Below, piece by piece: positions 11,606 through 23,951 of a DNA stretch of 64,000 nucleotides (position 1 is the stretch's first letter; every line of letters begins with the position of its first letter). The stretch is from positions 186,001-250,000 of the forward strand of contig OZ025703.1 in assembly GCA_964019335.1 (NCBI GenBank), written 5' to 3'. This stretch comes from Diplonema japonicum (taxonomy: Eukaryota > Protista > Euglenozoa: Diplonemea). A model generated the notes under the pieces. It was not told the origin of the DNA, searched no databases, and saw only the letters and a program-made list of their open reading frames with translations. Position numbers and translations under genes: made by a program.

Positions 11606-12775
11606 GACCTTTTTTGACACCTTTCTTTTATTGCGAGGGGCTTGTCCTGTACTTTGAGATTTATTTAATTTGAACAGTTATTTGTTTCCCCCCCCTCCCT
11701 GGTGGTCGTTGAAAACATCGGAGGGGTTCCTTTTTTTTTGTTTTATCCAAATGCCGAGTAAGGATTTACTTATTCGAGTTTTTTTTGCTCTACTCGAGCG
11801 AAGAACCTTTTAACATCTGATGACCCTGTGCACACTGATTGAAGGCACAAAGATACAGGGGTGAACAAGTAACGGGAAAACCCAAATACGAAGAGACAAG
11901 ATAAGAGGAAGATAAAGCACACCACTTATTATTATTATTATTATTATTATTTTTCTCCCCATGATGGCTAACGTGGCAGAAGTCATTGTTAGCCTCCAGC
12001 ACCTTTCGCCGGGTAGCTGTGAAGGAAAAAGAATGGGGGTTTTTCTTGATCTTCTCTTTATTATTTGTGGGAATACCTTTACCCTGCTTTCCTCTTGTTG
12101 TGTTGGCCTTTTTATTTTTCCTTCTCCTTTTTTTTTTAATACCCTTTTTACACTGTCAACCTTATCAAGTTAAGGTTTTCAAATTACAACTCTCCCCCTC
12201 CCTCCGCTTTTCACGAAATCTTGGTTTTCATGTGTTTCTCTTTCATTCTCTGTCCTCCTTTGTAGCCGAGTGATAAAGGGGTCACTACTGATGATGAACT
12301 TTTTAAAGCAACAAGCAACCATGAAGCGTCCTTTGTCGCGAGTATTGGGTGGTAGGTCGCCCGGTAAACTAGCTGCCGAATACTCTTGAGGTCGTTTTTT
12401 TTTTGTTTCTTCGTTTGTTTGCTTGATAGGTTCCCATTGCTTGAGCAACAAACTAAGAAAGAACAGTGGGAGGGAGAAACACACAACAAAAAGAAAACAA
12501 GATACAAAGAAGAGCGGAAAAACAAAGATCTCTCTCTCCCTAAACATATGCACTTTTATGTTTTTTTTATTTATATTATTTATCTTATGGTTCAAAAATT
12601 TCTCCTAACCCCCCCTATAATCGAGAAATAGCCTTTCCCAAATTCCCCATGGCGTCAACCACGCCCCCCCGGGGGGAGAGAAGAAAAGAATGTGGGGAAA
12701 AGTACTGCAACTAAGATAACAACAACAACAACAGATTCCTTAAACACACATAAACAAAAAAAAAAAAAAGAAGAA

Positions 12776-14890
12776 ATGGGTTCCGCAGGGAGCATTGCGG
12801 CCACCAGCGTCGTGTCTCTCACATCCTTCTATTTCGACATGAGGGTGAACCTCGATGGTGGAGGTAATTACGGGTGGCAGAGTCCCATCTACTGCGCGGC
12901 TTTCCCGAACGGAGCTGCCGGCATGAATCCCCAAGACCACACCAATGTGATTATGAACCCGACTCACGACGGGAGTGACAGCTACTTGATGCCGAGGATC
13001 ACAAGGGATTCCAACAACAATGCCATCAATCCTCAAGTCACTTACGAGGTGAAGTGCAGCATTGACCCTAAGAATGGTGACTGGTCTTACCTCAGCACTA
13101 CTGTGATAACCCCTGCTGTTCCCACATCCGAGCTCACTCCTGCCCCACCAACTCTTTCGCCACCAACTCCTGCCCCCGCAACACCTGCTCCACCAACTCC
13201 TTCACCACCAACACCTGCTCCACCTACTCCTTTCCCAGCAACACCTGCCCCTTCAACACCTTTCCCACCAACACCTGCTCCACCAACTCCTTCGCCACCA
13301 ACTCCTGCTCCCGCAACACTTGCCCCCACAACACCTGGGCCGACGCTCTCGCCCGCCCCCGCAACACCTGAGCCTACACCTGCCCCTTCAACACCTTTCC
13401 CACCAACACTTGCTCCGACACCTGAGCCCACACTTGCCCCTTCAACTGGAAGCACGACAGCAACAGAGACCATGACAGAAGGAAGCATGACAGCAACAGA
13501 GACCATGACAGAAGGAAGCATGACGGTAACAGAAACCCTGACAGGAGATGGAAGTACTCCTTCACCAGCAACTCCTGCCCCCGCAACACCTGAGCCTACA
13601 CCTGCCCCTTCAACGCCTTTCCCACCAACACTTGCTCCACCACCACCAACTCCTTTCCCCGCAACACTTGCTCCGACACCTGAGCCCACACTTGCCCCTT
13701 CAACTGGAAGCACGACAGCAACAGAGACCATGACAGAAGGAAGCATGACAGCAACAGAGACCATGACAGAAGGAAGCATGACGGTAACAGAAACCCTGAC
13801 AGGAGATGGAAGTACTCCTTCACCAGCAACTCCTGCCCCCGCAACACCTGAGCCTACACCTGCCCCTTCGACACCTTTCCCACCAACACCTGCTCCACCA
13901 ACTCCTTCACCACCAACTCCTGCCCCCGCAACACTTGCCCCGGCAACACCTGAGCCGACGCTCTCGCCCGCCCCTGCAACACCTGAGCCTACACCTGCCC
14001 CTTCAACACCTTTCCCACCAACACCTGCTCCACCAACTCTTTCACCACCAACTCCTGCCCCCGCAACACTTGCCCCCGCAACACCTGAGCCGACGCTCTC
14101 GCCCGCCCCTGCAACACCTGAGCCTACACCTGCCCCTTCAACACCTTTCCCACCAACACTTGCTCCACCACCACCAACTCCTTTCCCCGCAACACTTGCT
14201 CCGACACCTGAGCCCACACTTGCCCCTTCAACTGGAAGCACGACAGCAACAGAGACCATGACAGAAGGAAGCATGACGGTAACAGAAACCCTGACAGGAG
14301 ATGGAAGTACTCCTTCACCAGCAACTCCTGCCCCCGCAACACCTGAGCCTACACCTGCCCCTTCAACACCTTTCCCACCAACACCTGCTCCACCAACTCC
14401 TTCACCACCAACTCCTGCTCCCGCAACACTTGCCCCCGCAACACCTGGGCCGACGCTCTCGCCCGCCCCTGCAACACCTGAGCCTACACCTGCCCCTTCA
14501 ACACCTTTCCCACCAACACTTGCTCCACCACCACCAACTCCTTTCCCACCAACACTTGCTCCGACACCTGAGCCCACGCTTGCCCCTTCAACTGGAAGCA
14601 CGACAGCAACAGAGACCATGACAGAAGGAAGCATGACAGCAACAGAGACCATGACAGAAGGAAGCATGACAGCAACAGAGACCATGACAGAAGGAAGCAT
14701 GACGGTAACAGAAACCCTGACAGGAGATGGAAGTACTCCTTCGCCAGCAACTCCTGAGCCTACACCTGCGCCTTCAACACCTTTCCCACCAACTCCTGCC
14801 CCCACAACACCTGAGCCGACCCCTGTACCTGAGACCGAACTTGTCCCGTCAGACAACGGGGAACCAGCTGCTTCTTGGAATGGGATTTGA
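12776..14890 (+). CDS. Array family type C (704 aa): FN3-like domain + mucin-like Pro/Thr repeats + polymerase-derived tail
   Basis: ATG at 12776 matches the family start MGSAGS; PTPAP and TATETMTEGSM repeats; ends ELVPSDNGEPAASWNGI like the polymerase C-terminus. Confidence 0.85.
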   Translation: MGSAGSIAATSVVSLTSFYFDMRVNLDGGGNYGWQSPIYCAAFPNGAAGMNPQDHTNVIMNPTHDGSDSYLMPRITRDSNNNAINPQVTYEVKCSIDPKNGDWSYLSTTVITPAVPTSELTPAPPTLSPPTPAPATPAPPTPSPPTPAPPTPFPATPAPSTPFPPTPAPPTPSPPTPAPATLAPTTPGPTLSPAPATPEPTPAPSTPFPPTLAPTPEPTLAPSTGSTTATETMTEGSMTATETMTEGSMTVTETLTGDGSTPSPATPAPATPEPTPAPSTPFPPTLAPPPPTPFPATLAPTPEPTLAPSTGSTTATETMTEGSMTATETMTEGSMTVTETLTGDGSTPSPATPAPATPEPTPAPSTPFPPTPAPPTPSPPTPAPATLAPATPEPTLSPAPATPEPTPAPSTPFPPTPAPPTLSPPTPAPATLAPATPEPTLSPAPATPEPTPAPSTPFPPTLAPPPPTPFPATLAPTPEPTLAPSTGSTTATETMTEGSMTVTETLTGDGSTPSPATPAPATPEPTPAPSTPFPPTPAPPTPSPPTPAPATLAPATPGPTLSPAPATPEPTPAPSTPFPPTLAPPPPTPFPPTLAPTPEPTLAPSTGSTTATETMTEGSMTATETMTEGSMTATETMTEGSMTVTETLTGDGSTPSPATPEPTPAPSTPFPPTPAPTTPEPTPVPETELVPSDNGEPAASWNGI

Positions 14891-15334
14891 AAGACGAAAG
14901 CTGTGTCAATTGGATACAGGGGGGAAAAAAGGGGGTTTCTTTTTTTGAGGCGTCCTGTCACATACTGCAGGTACCCTTAAATGTCTCTTTTTTTTTTCTT
15001 CTTTTCTTCTTTTTTATTTTATCTCATGCTCTGGAAACAAAAGTTAAAACCCCCTCAAAAACTGATTCCTGAAACGTACGTTAATTCATTTTTTTCTCTC
15101 ATCTTTATTTTCTATTTTCTCTAATTATTTTTCTTTTATATTCCTCTCTTTTCCCAAAGTGAATATCTCCCTTGAACGGTGAGCACTCAACCGCACATCA
15201 AAATTTATCAAATTTTCTCTCCTAGCTTCATCTTTTTTTTTTTCCTGTCACATACTGCAGGTTCCGTTCAAAGACATCTTTTTTATCTCATCTAAAAAAA
15301 AAGAAGTTAAAACCCCCCCCCCCCCCCCATGGCC

Positions 15335-15365
<31 letters not shown>

Positions 15366-15410
15366 TACTGGAACTAAGACCACAATAACAGATACCTTAA
15401 ACACACATAT

Positions 15411-16276
15411 AGTCGCCTCTCCACTATTTGTCACAAAATACTGCCCACAAATTTCATATCTCTTTAAGTGTAAAAAATCAAAAGCGATGCCTGGATTTGC
15501 TCCAGAAGTGGAATAAAATTTTGAATAAGAAAATCATGGCTAGGTGCTGTCATTTTTTTTTTACTTTCTTTAATTAAACCCCGAAAATTAAGCATGATTT
15601 ACACTACTTTTCCCTTTAATTCCATGTCGAAGTTGTGCAAACTGTGTTCAGACGCCACAGCTTCCCTCAGGCCATGCAGTCGAAGCTGTTGGGGTCACAC
15701 ACTGTGAAGTCGTGCCCTTCAAGGGTAATGACTTCAGAGCAGTCGGCGCAGCCGATACGGCGCATAGCGGCGTTGTGCTTCTAAGAAGTATCGGGTTTGG
15801 GTGTGGTCTTGCACCAGCACCTCGGTGTCTGTGGACACTGCCTGATATGTCTCGGGTGTTTCTTCAGGAAGGTGGAGTAGCCAACTACATCAGCACCCGA
15901 GCCCAGGTACTGTACGTGGAACTCATGAAAAGTGCCTTTGGCGTAACGCAGCTCAATGCGTTGATCACTTCCGGGAGAAACACGAATTGTTCTGTGACTT
16001 TGATGCAGAATCGATTCATTTTGCCACCAAGTCACAATAGCGCAGGCTATGCCTGCCGACAATGCATCAGAACGTATTTTCCTTGCAGGGGACTCTCGTG
16101 TTCTGTAACACACGTCTCTTGCGCTTCAGGGTGGGGGCTCTAAACTCCTCCTCGTCTTCGGCTTCCTCTTACTCTTTCTGCCGCCTAACGTTCTCGTTAC
16201 GCAATCGAGAGACCCAAAATCGAAAAATTTCGAAAATCAATTACCCCCCCCCCCCCCCCCCCCGGGCGTCAAAGGG
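15411..16276 (-). mobile_element. Degenerate DNA transposon fragment, superfamily unassigned
   Basis: Terminus TTAA-CCCTTTGACGCCCGGG on the minus strand; broken ORF RKIRSDALS..WWQNES..GTFHEFHVQY..VGYSTFLKKHPRHIRQC..CWCK; interrupts a family 5' leader. Confidence 0.55.
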
Positions 16277-16910
16277 TTAAAAAAAAGCGTTTTTTCTCAT
16301 TTTTCGAAAAAAGCATTGACAAATAGCGGAGAGGTGACCATGTATAAAAAAAAAAAAGGTTTTTGATAAAGGCCACCCCTCTAGTTTAACCCGTTTGCTC
16401 TTCATGTACTGCAGTGTGTCTGACCTGAAGTCGTCAAAGGAGGGGGTGACGGCGTGCAGTGACATGAGAGGTGTAGTTATAGGTGGGAGGTTTTCCAAAA
16501 ATGAAATACCACTACTCTTATCGTCGCTTTACTTATCCAATGATGGGGGAACGGCAGCAGCCTGAATCTCCATTAGTACGGCAAAATCGTGGTGCACATC
16601 CCGACTTCTGATCAAAGGTGTCATCCTGTTCTGGACGCATGTGTTTAAGTATCTGCGTAGCACTGGCAGCGTGAACATAGGACACGCCATCATGGTCCTT
16701 TTAGTCTGCATGTTTGTCAACACGATCGTCACCAGCAGCGTCATCACCCCATGCCTGTGTACTGTGTGCTGCCCTTTGTTGGATACTGCTCTTTAGGCGT
16801 CTTTGTACAATACAGTAACTCTGGCGCTGATATTCGGTTACCAAGTTTAACAAAAAAAAAAAACCATCGAAGCTGAGGAATTTGTGTTTGTCACAAGAAG
16901 AATTCTTTAT

Positions 16911-17018
16911 TTACACGTGTGAACAAACCAGCGTGTCCAAAAGCAGGCGTATGTCTTGAATGATTAAGCATGGAATAACAAGGGATTAGATTCTCTCGGT
17001 TCTTTTTGTTGGTTTTTA
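16911..17018 (+). pseudogene. ~110-bp fragment resembling 18S (SSU) rRNA, V4-adjacent region
   Basis: gtgtccaaaagcaggc..ttgaatgattaagcatggaataacaa..tttttgttggtttt matches the conserved eukaryotic SSU blocks AAAGCAGGC, AGCATGGAATAA and TTTTGTTGGTTT in order. Confidence 0.75.
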
Positions 17019-19825
17019 ACGCCAACCAGTTCGGCAGCAAATACGCCAAGCTGTTGAAAGCACTGGACCCCTCACCTGGACCTGCGAAGGGACAAGGGTG
17101 TCATTTATGTGCTCGTAAACAGTTTTAACTGACTGTCAACACAGCCTACAAGCGTGGCAAGCAGCACTGGAACAACTCGAAGCCCGTAGGCAACGGAAGA
17201 ACACGCAAGCCCAAACCTGAAAGGGCAAGCCAGGCCACGCAGACGATCTCACGAAGCCGGCTGACTGCACCAAAGGGGCGGACTACCACACGGGGCAAGC
17301 AGTCTGCAACAAGAAGTCTACGCCACGGGACAAGTAGGCCCCAGTCCCCAAAGACACCCCAGCTGCCACACGGAACCCCGAAGAACAAGCAGAACTAACC
17401 ACACGGGGCGGAAATCTGCACCACAGGACAAGCGGGCCCTAGTCTCTAGAAAGACTTCAGCTGCAGCCGAACCCCAGCAACAACCAAGGAGGGAAGGATA
17501 CTGCCCACTGTCTCGCTCGACGACAACCGAGAGGTACAGATCTCAGAGAGAAGCACGAAACTGGACAACTCTCAGCTGGAAGGAACTGGCAGCCCAGCAA
17601 CGAGACCGAAGCAAACCTGGGAAGGAACAACCCACAGCGGAAGGGGCAAACCCCGCACCCGAGACCGACCCCCGACACCTCGGACTACAACACGCAGCAG
17701 AAGGAACCAAGCAACCCCATACCCTCTAGCACCTGTACCCGCAAAGGCCCAAGGACAGATGCCACCTTGAAGACTTCCTCATAACGATTTTGTCACAAGC
17801 TTGTAGGTGCTGGATGGCGAAGAGGAAAAAAAGGACAACGAGGAAGCAAACGACAAACCCAACACTACCCAACACTACCCAACACTGAATCCAACGCTGA
17901 CCTCACAGATGACTCCTTCGGCAACAAATCATCGAAGCTGAGGAATTTGTCACAAGAAGAATTCTTTAATATGACAAAGGGTGAATAAAGAAAAAAAAGA
18001 GAAATCGATTAGGAAGGAAACTATAGCGAAGTGGAAGGGGACCTGTGAAGACGCACCAGGTATGAGAAGGCCTCTGAGTTCTGAGATGGTAGAGAAGTTA
18101 GGAGTTAAGGCCCCAACACAATCCCTCAATTAGAAGGGTACATGTAAACACTGAGGGAGGAAGTCGGCCCATCTTAGGACCTATTTTAGTATATTAAAAG
18201 CAGTCCATGTCACGTAGTACATGTGGAGTCGACACATGCCCTCACAGAAGAGCCTTTTATGCGCATCTTACTTGAGCAGACGTCAGACAATCCTTGAAGC
18301 ACTAATGTGATCTAAACTAGCTTGCAAGAACAGCGCATTTCCTCTAAAATGGAATAGAATAGCGGAAATATGTGGACGATTCAAAGGTAGCTGATCCGAC
18401 GTTATTGGGGTTTTATCTATTGTTTAAGACAAAAGAAAAACAGCAACATTGAGAGGGAACGCTACACTGCTCACAAATGAAAACTAGTCTTTAATGAGTA
18501 CAACCTATCAATAACCGTGTTAAGGAAGCAATAATGTCAAAGAAAGTTTACATTAAAACTCATGATATATCGACCAAATGATAATAATACAAAGATCCTT
18601 TCTTCATACGGAATTAAGGGCACTAGTAAACAAGGGTGTTACAAGAATCTGGAGAAAAGACTTGAGGCATTTCCAAAAAGAGTGTGAGGAGTGTGGTTGG
18701 CTGCTGGTCAGAGGATGGGACATCCATATCAGCAATCCATCTTTCGATAGGTCTTGAAATCGTGTTGTATTTTAACATGCCATAATCCAAAGCCAGATCC
18801 AGCATGGCATCGAGGACATCAACGATGCAGCTGTGCATCCCAAATACGAACATGGGCTGGAAGAGGGTATGGAGTCGAAAGGTGGCAACGAGTCCTGTGT
18901 CAACCAGGTAGCGAGAATAGCAGGATACTTCGGCTCTGAACGGCGGAGCAGTATAACCGCCGTAAGTTTGGCGGAGCTCGCCAAGACCGCGCGGCTTTTG
19001 TACCTTTCACAAAATCGATTTTCGGAGCGCTCACAAGTGAGTAGTTAGTTATGAATAGTCACTGCATTACTTCTCTACCTCCACATCGCTAAAAGCAATC
19101 TACCTGTTTTTGTTGTTCCCTTTTCTTTTTCGTTTGTTCTCCCTCTCTCTCTCTCTTTTTTTTTTTTTTTTAATGATAATCCTTCCGTCAGACATCATCA
19201 GAATTTAACATCTGATGTCCTCTCCTCTTCCCGCCCTTCTTTTTCCATCTACTGAGAGAAAAGAAGGAATAGTGAAATGGAAGAAAGAAAGGTGAAGGAA
19301 AGAAAGAAAAAAAGGGGGGGAAATTACAGATCTTGCAAACTCGGCAATCTGAAGGTTCCCTTTTTTTTTTCCTCTTTCTTCTTCTTCAAGGTTTTTGCAA
19401 TCGTATCTTTTTGTTTTTTTTTTTTTGTTTTTTTTATCCATGAAAAGGTTTTTAACGATCTCTTCGATATTCTCTCCCTCCACCCATCGACCTCTCGACC
19501 TTCTACTTTGGTTTAACTGTTAGAAACAGGAACCGTTTCTCCGGTGGCCCATTCCTGCCGCTTTCCACAACATTGTGTTTTTTGTTTCTCTCGCTAGTTC
19601 TAAACCCCTTCCTTCTGTCTCATTTATTGTCCGAGCCGATATAAAACATAAAAATGAAAGAAGGAGAAGGAAAAAAAGGAAGAAAATCGGCTTCCCATAT
19701 CGCTTGTGCACAATAAATAAAAAAGAAGATGACAGACAGAATGGGAAAAGAAGAATGAAAAAAAAAGAGAGAGAGAAAGAGAAGGGATTCACACCCCTTA
19801 GCTCCTTTTTTGTTTTTTTTTTTTT

Positions 19826-20081
19826 CGCGCAGGAACCACTAAGGACCTGGCTCTCCATAGCCTTGTCCACAGAGCGAATGCGGAGACCGTGGTCGGGAAA
19901 AGTACTCTCCAAACCTGCTGGGACGCTAGTGGGAGCCAATGAAGGGTGCTTCTTGCCTGAAGAGATCAGCACTTGGAGGAGTCGCAAGATTAGATCGAAA
20001 CTGAGAGATACCTAGTACTGACCATACCCCCCCCCTTTTTAGGGCATGCGGCTTTCGCTCTGGGAGTTTGCATGTTAATTT

Positions 20082-20083
<2 letters not shown>
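19826..20083 (+). mobile_element. ~260-bp insertion in a T tract, probable retroelement 3' end
   Basis: Absent from the paralogous spacer (~10187-10210); open frame ending ..KIRSKLRDT*, short tail ending TGA, then poly-T. Confidence 0.55.
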
Positions 20084-20112
<29 letters not shown>

Positions 20113-20634
20113 GTTTCTTTCCCTCTCCCCACAAACGCAATTCCTTTTTTTTTTTTTTTTTTCCCTTCTTTCCTTCCGCTTTTTATATTCCATAGCCCTT
20201 GCACTTTCCACATCGAAAAATGATTTTTTTTTTTTGACCCCGAAATTAGCCTCCCCAAAAAAAATCAGTTTTTGGTGGCACGACAGCATATGAGCAGTAC
20301 TGATTCAGAAGGGACATTGGGGGGCGTCGGCTCTGCGAAGCCTCGTATTGTGTCCACATAAGGAACACAAGTTCCAGACCTCCTGGCGAGTTTCAGGGCT
20401 CTCGTTGTGAAAGTAGAGCAAACACCTAACAATCGAAGGGGTCAATGTAAAATGAACACATGGCTGTTGAGTGATGACTACTTTTTGTCCTGCTCTCTGT
20501 CATGTTTTTTTCAAATATACCCACCAGCGAAGGGTTAACCCCTATTCACAATGGAAACCATCTCAACAAACAACAACTAACATAGATTTTGACGCTTCAA
20601 AAAAAAAAAAAAAAAAGAAAAAAAAACCAACAAA

Positions 20635-21504
20635 ATGGGTTCCGCAGGAAGCATTGCGGCCGTCATCGACGTGTCCATCACAGCCTTCTACTTGGACATG
20701 AGGGTGAACCTCAACGGCGGCAGCGGGTGGGATAGTCCCATCTACTGCGCGGCTTTCCCGAACGGAGCTGCCGGCATGAATCCCCAAGACCACACCAATG
20801 TGATTATGAACCCGACTCACGACGGGAGTGGCAGCTACTTGATGCCGAGGATCACAAGGGATGCCAACAACAACACCATTGGTCCTCAAGTCACTTACGA
20901 GGTGAAGTGCAGCATTAACCCTAAGTATGGTGACTGGTCTTACCTCAGCACTACTGTGATAACCCCTGCTGCTCCGACACCGGCTCTCACCCTTGCTCCC
21001 TGTGTGACTGGAGTAAAGCTGAACGGGGTCCCCGTGACTCAGATCGACATGGACGGACAGGAGACCCTTGACCTCGGGGGGAAGACCTGGTCGCACTTCC
21101 CGAACCACATGAACGGGATGCACGCCTACTCCCTCCCGTACCCTGTTCCCGCAACAACCAAGATCGAGATGACCTGCTGCGGTGGGGAGGAGTGTGTGTT
21201 CTTCGTGGCTCTGTACAACTGTACAGCGTGCCTCAAACCCAGGCCCGTTGGCCTCGCCGAGACCCTCGTCCTGGACGGGTGGGACAGTGGTGCATGCTCC
21301 CCCAGGTTCGAGGGGGACTTCAAGACCACCGCCTTCCGCAAGGGTGTTGACGCTGTGAAACAAGACGTTGTCCTCACCTACACCGCACCCCACGAGGAGA
21401 TCATGCAGGTGTTCGGGTTGGAGGGGGCTGTTCAGAACCCGTGGTGTGTGAAGCCTGTGGCTCCTGGTGGTGCTGGGTGCGGTGGGAAGTGCCCTGTCTT
21501 CTAA
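20635..21504 (+). CDS. Array family type B (289 aa)
   Basis: Protein identical to 10736-11605. Confidence 0.9.
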   Translation: MGSAGSIAAVIDVSITAFYLDMRVNLNGGSGWDSPIYCAAFPNGAAGMNPQDHTNVIMNPTHDGSGSYLMPRITRDANNNTIGPQVTYEVKCSINPKYGDWSYLSTTVITPAAPTPALTLAPCVTGVKLNGVPVTQIDMDGQETLDLGGKTWSHFPNHMNGMHAYSLPYPVPATTKIEMTCCGGEECVFFVALYNCTACLKPRPVGLAETLVLDGWDSGACSPRFEGDFKTTAFRKGVDAVKQDVVLTYTAPHEEIMQVFGLEGAVQNPWCVKPVAPGGAGCGGKCPVF

Positions 21505-22952
21505 GACCTTTTTTGACACCTTTCTTTTATTGCGAGGGGCTTGTCCTGTACTTTGAGATTTATTTAATTTGAACAGTTATTTGTTTCCCCCCCCTCCCTG
21601 GTGGTCGTTGAAAACATCGGAGGGGTTCCTTTTTTTTTGTTTTATCCAAATGCCGAGTAAGGATTTACTTATTCGAGTTTTTTTTGCTCTACTCGAGCGA
21701 AGAACCTTTTAACATCTGATGACCCTGTGCACACTGATTGAAGGCACAAAGATACAGGGGTGAACAAGTAACGGGAAAACCCAAATACGAAGAGACAAGA
21801 TAAGAGGAAGATAAAGCACACCACTTATTATTATTATTATTATTATTATTTTTCTCCCCATGATGGCTAACGTGGCAGAAGTCATTGTTAGCCTCCAGCA
21901 CCTTTCGCCGGGTAGCTGTGAAGGAAAAAGAATGGGGGTTTTTCTTGATCTTCTCTTTATTATTTGTGGGAATACCTTTACCCTGCTTTCCTCTTGTTGT
22001 GTTGGCCTTTTTATTTTTCCTTCTCCTTTTTTTTTTAATACCCTTTTTACACTGTCAACCTTATCAAGTTAAGGTTTTCAAATTACAACTCTCCCCCTCC
22101 CTCCGCTTTTCACGAAATCTTGGTTTTCATGTGTTTCTCTTTCATTCTCTGTCCTCCTTTGTAGCCGAGTGATAAAGGGGTCACTACTGATGATGAACTT
22201 TTTAAAGCAACAAGCAACCATGAAGCGTCCTTTGTCGCGAGTATTGGGTGGTAGGTCGCCCGGTAAACTAGCTGCCGAATACTCTTGAGGTCGTTTTTTT
22301 TTTGTTTCTTCGTTTGTTTGCTTGATAGGTTCCCATTGCTTGAGCAACAAACTAAGAAAGAACAGAGAGTGGGAGGGGGAAACACACAACAAAAGGAAAA
22401 CAAGAACTCTCGCTCCCTAAACATATGCTCATTTATGTGTTTTTTTTTTTTTTTTATTAATTATCCTCTCCCTCCCTTTCTATTCTTCTTTTTTTAAAAT
22501 GTTTTTATTTAATTCTGAGCAGCTCGCTCCGTGGAAAAAGTGAGGGAATAGAAATAATGAGATGGTCGAGAATGAGATGGTGTGCTTCTGAACGTTGAGT
22601 GCTCTGGCCGTCAAGCTCCTCCGTTAACCACATACTCAGTCGCTGGGAGCCAAATTTCCTAGAGCTAAAATATTTTTGCCGCCTTCTGCAGGTGACAACG
22701 CGCGTGCACAAACAAATAGATTTTCTTTTTTGAGAATCCGCTCCTGTTTTTTCTGTTGGCAATGAAAACAAAGAAAAAAAGAAATACCTCGTCCCTTGGC
22801 TTTTGGAAATTGTCTTGGAAATAGCCTTTAGCCAGATTCCCCATGGCGTCAACCACGCACCCTAGGGGGGAGAGTGGGGAAAGAAATACTGCAACAAAGA
22901 CAACAACAACAGATTCCTTAAACACACATATACAAAAAAGAAAAAGAAAAAA

Positions 22953-23951
22953 ATGGGTTCCGCAGGAAGCATTGCGGCCGTCATTGACGTGTCCATCACA
23001 GCCTTCTACTTGGACATGAGGGTGAACCTCGATGGTGGCAGCGGGTGGGAGAGTCCCATCTACTGTGGGGCTTTCCCGAACGGAGCTGGCAGCAGGAAAC
23101 CCCAAGACTACACCAGTGTGACTAGACATCCGACTCACGACGGGAGTGGCAGCTACTTCATGCCGAGGATCACAAGGGATGCCTACAACAATGCCATCAG
23201 TCCTCATGTCACTTACGAGGTGAAGTGCAGCATTGACCCCGATTGGGGTAGCTGGTCTTACCTCAGCACGACTGTGAGGACCCCTGCTGCTCCGACACCG
23301 GCTCCCACCCCTGTCCCCACTCCTGCTCCCACACCCGAGCCCACTCCTGCCCCTACACCTGAGCCCACTCCTGCTCCCACACCTGAGCCGACTCCTGTCC
23401 CGACCCCTGCCCCCACACCTGTCCCCACCCCTGCTCCCTGTGTGACTGGGGTGAAGCTGAACGGGGTCCCTGTGACTGAGATCGACATGGACGGACAGGA
23501 GACCCTTGACCTCGGGGGGAAGACCTGGTCGCACTTCCCGAACTCCATGAACGGGATGCACGCCTACTCCCTCCCGTACCCTGTTCCCGCAACAACTGAG
23601 ATCGAGATGACCTGCTGCGGTGGGGAGGAGTGCGTGTTCTTCATGGCCCTGTACAACTGTGCGGCGTGCCTCGGACCCAGGCCTGCTGGCCTCGCCGAGA
23701 CCCTCGTCCTGGACGGGTGGGACAGTGGTGCATGCTCCCCCAGGTTCGAGGGGGACTTCAAGACCACCGCCTTCCGCAAGGGTGTTGACGCTGTGAACCA
23801 GGACGTTGTCCTCACCTACACCGCACCCCACGAGGAGATCATGCAGGTGTTCGGGTTGGAGGGGGCTGTTCACAACCCGTGGTGTGTGAGGCCCCATGGC
23901 CCTGTGGCTCCTGGTGGAGCTGGGTGCGGTGGGAAGTGCCCTGTTATCTAA
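22953..23951 (+). CDS. Array family type A (332 aa), mosaic variant A3
   Basis: Loop 1 [12 protein letters not shown] (A1-like) with loop 2 DPDWGSWS (A2-like). Confidence 0.9.
   Translation: MGSAGSIAAVIDVSITAFYLDMRVNLDGGSGWESPIYCGAFPNGAGSRKPQDYTSVTRHPTHDGSGSYFMPRITRDAYNNAISPHVTYEVKCSIDPDWGSWSYLSTTVRTPAAPTPAPTPVPTPAPTPEPTPAPTPEPTPAPTPEPTPVPTPAPTPVPTPAPCVTGVKLNGVPVTEIDMDGQETLDLGGKTWSHFPNSMNGMHAYSLPYPVPATTEIEMTCCGGEECVFFMALYNCAACLGPRPAGLAETLVLDGWDSGACSPRFEGDFKTTAFRKGVDAVNQDVVLTYTAPHEEIMQVFGLEGAVHNPWCVRPHGPVAPGGAGCGGKCPVI

Larger units (their letters stand above)
19072..22370 (+). repeat. Segmental duplicate of ~9346-12470 (spacer + type B gene + 3' spacer)
   Basis: Colinear, near-identical sequence; gene offset 9899 bp. 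Confidence 0.85.

Noticed and set aside
12692-12775. N-terminal extension MGKSTATK.. on type C genes
   Set aside because: GTG start within the shared leader; the family ATG is at 12776 (also 29626 and 46784)
18000-19050. Tyrosine-recombinase-like THAL-RRAF (+ strand) and RT-thumb-like SYLG (- strand) scraps
   Set aside because: One needs a frameshift and both are too short to assign without a search
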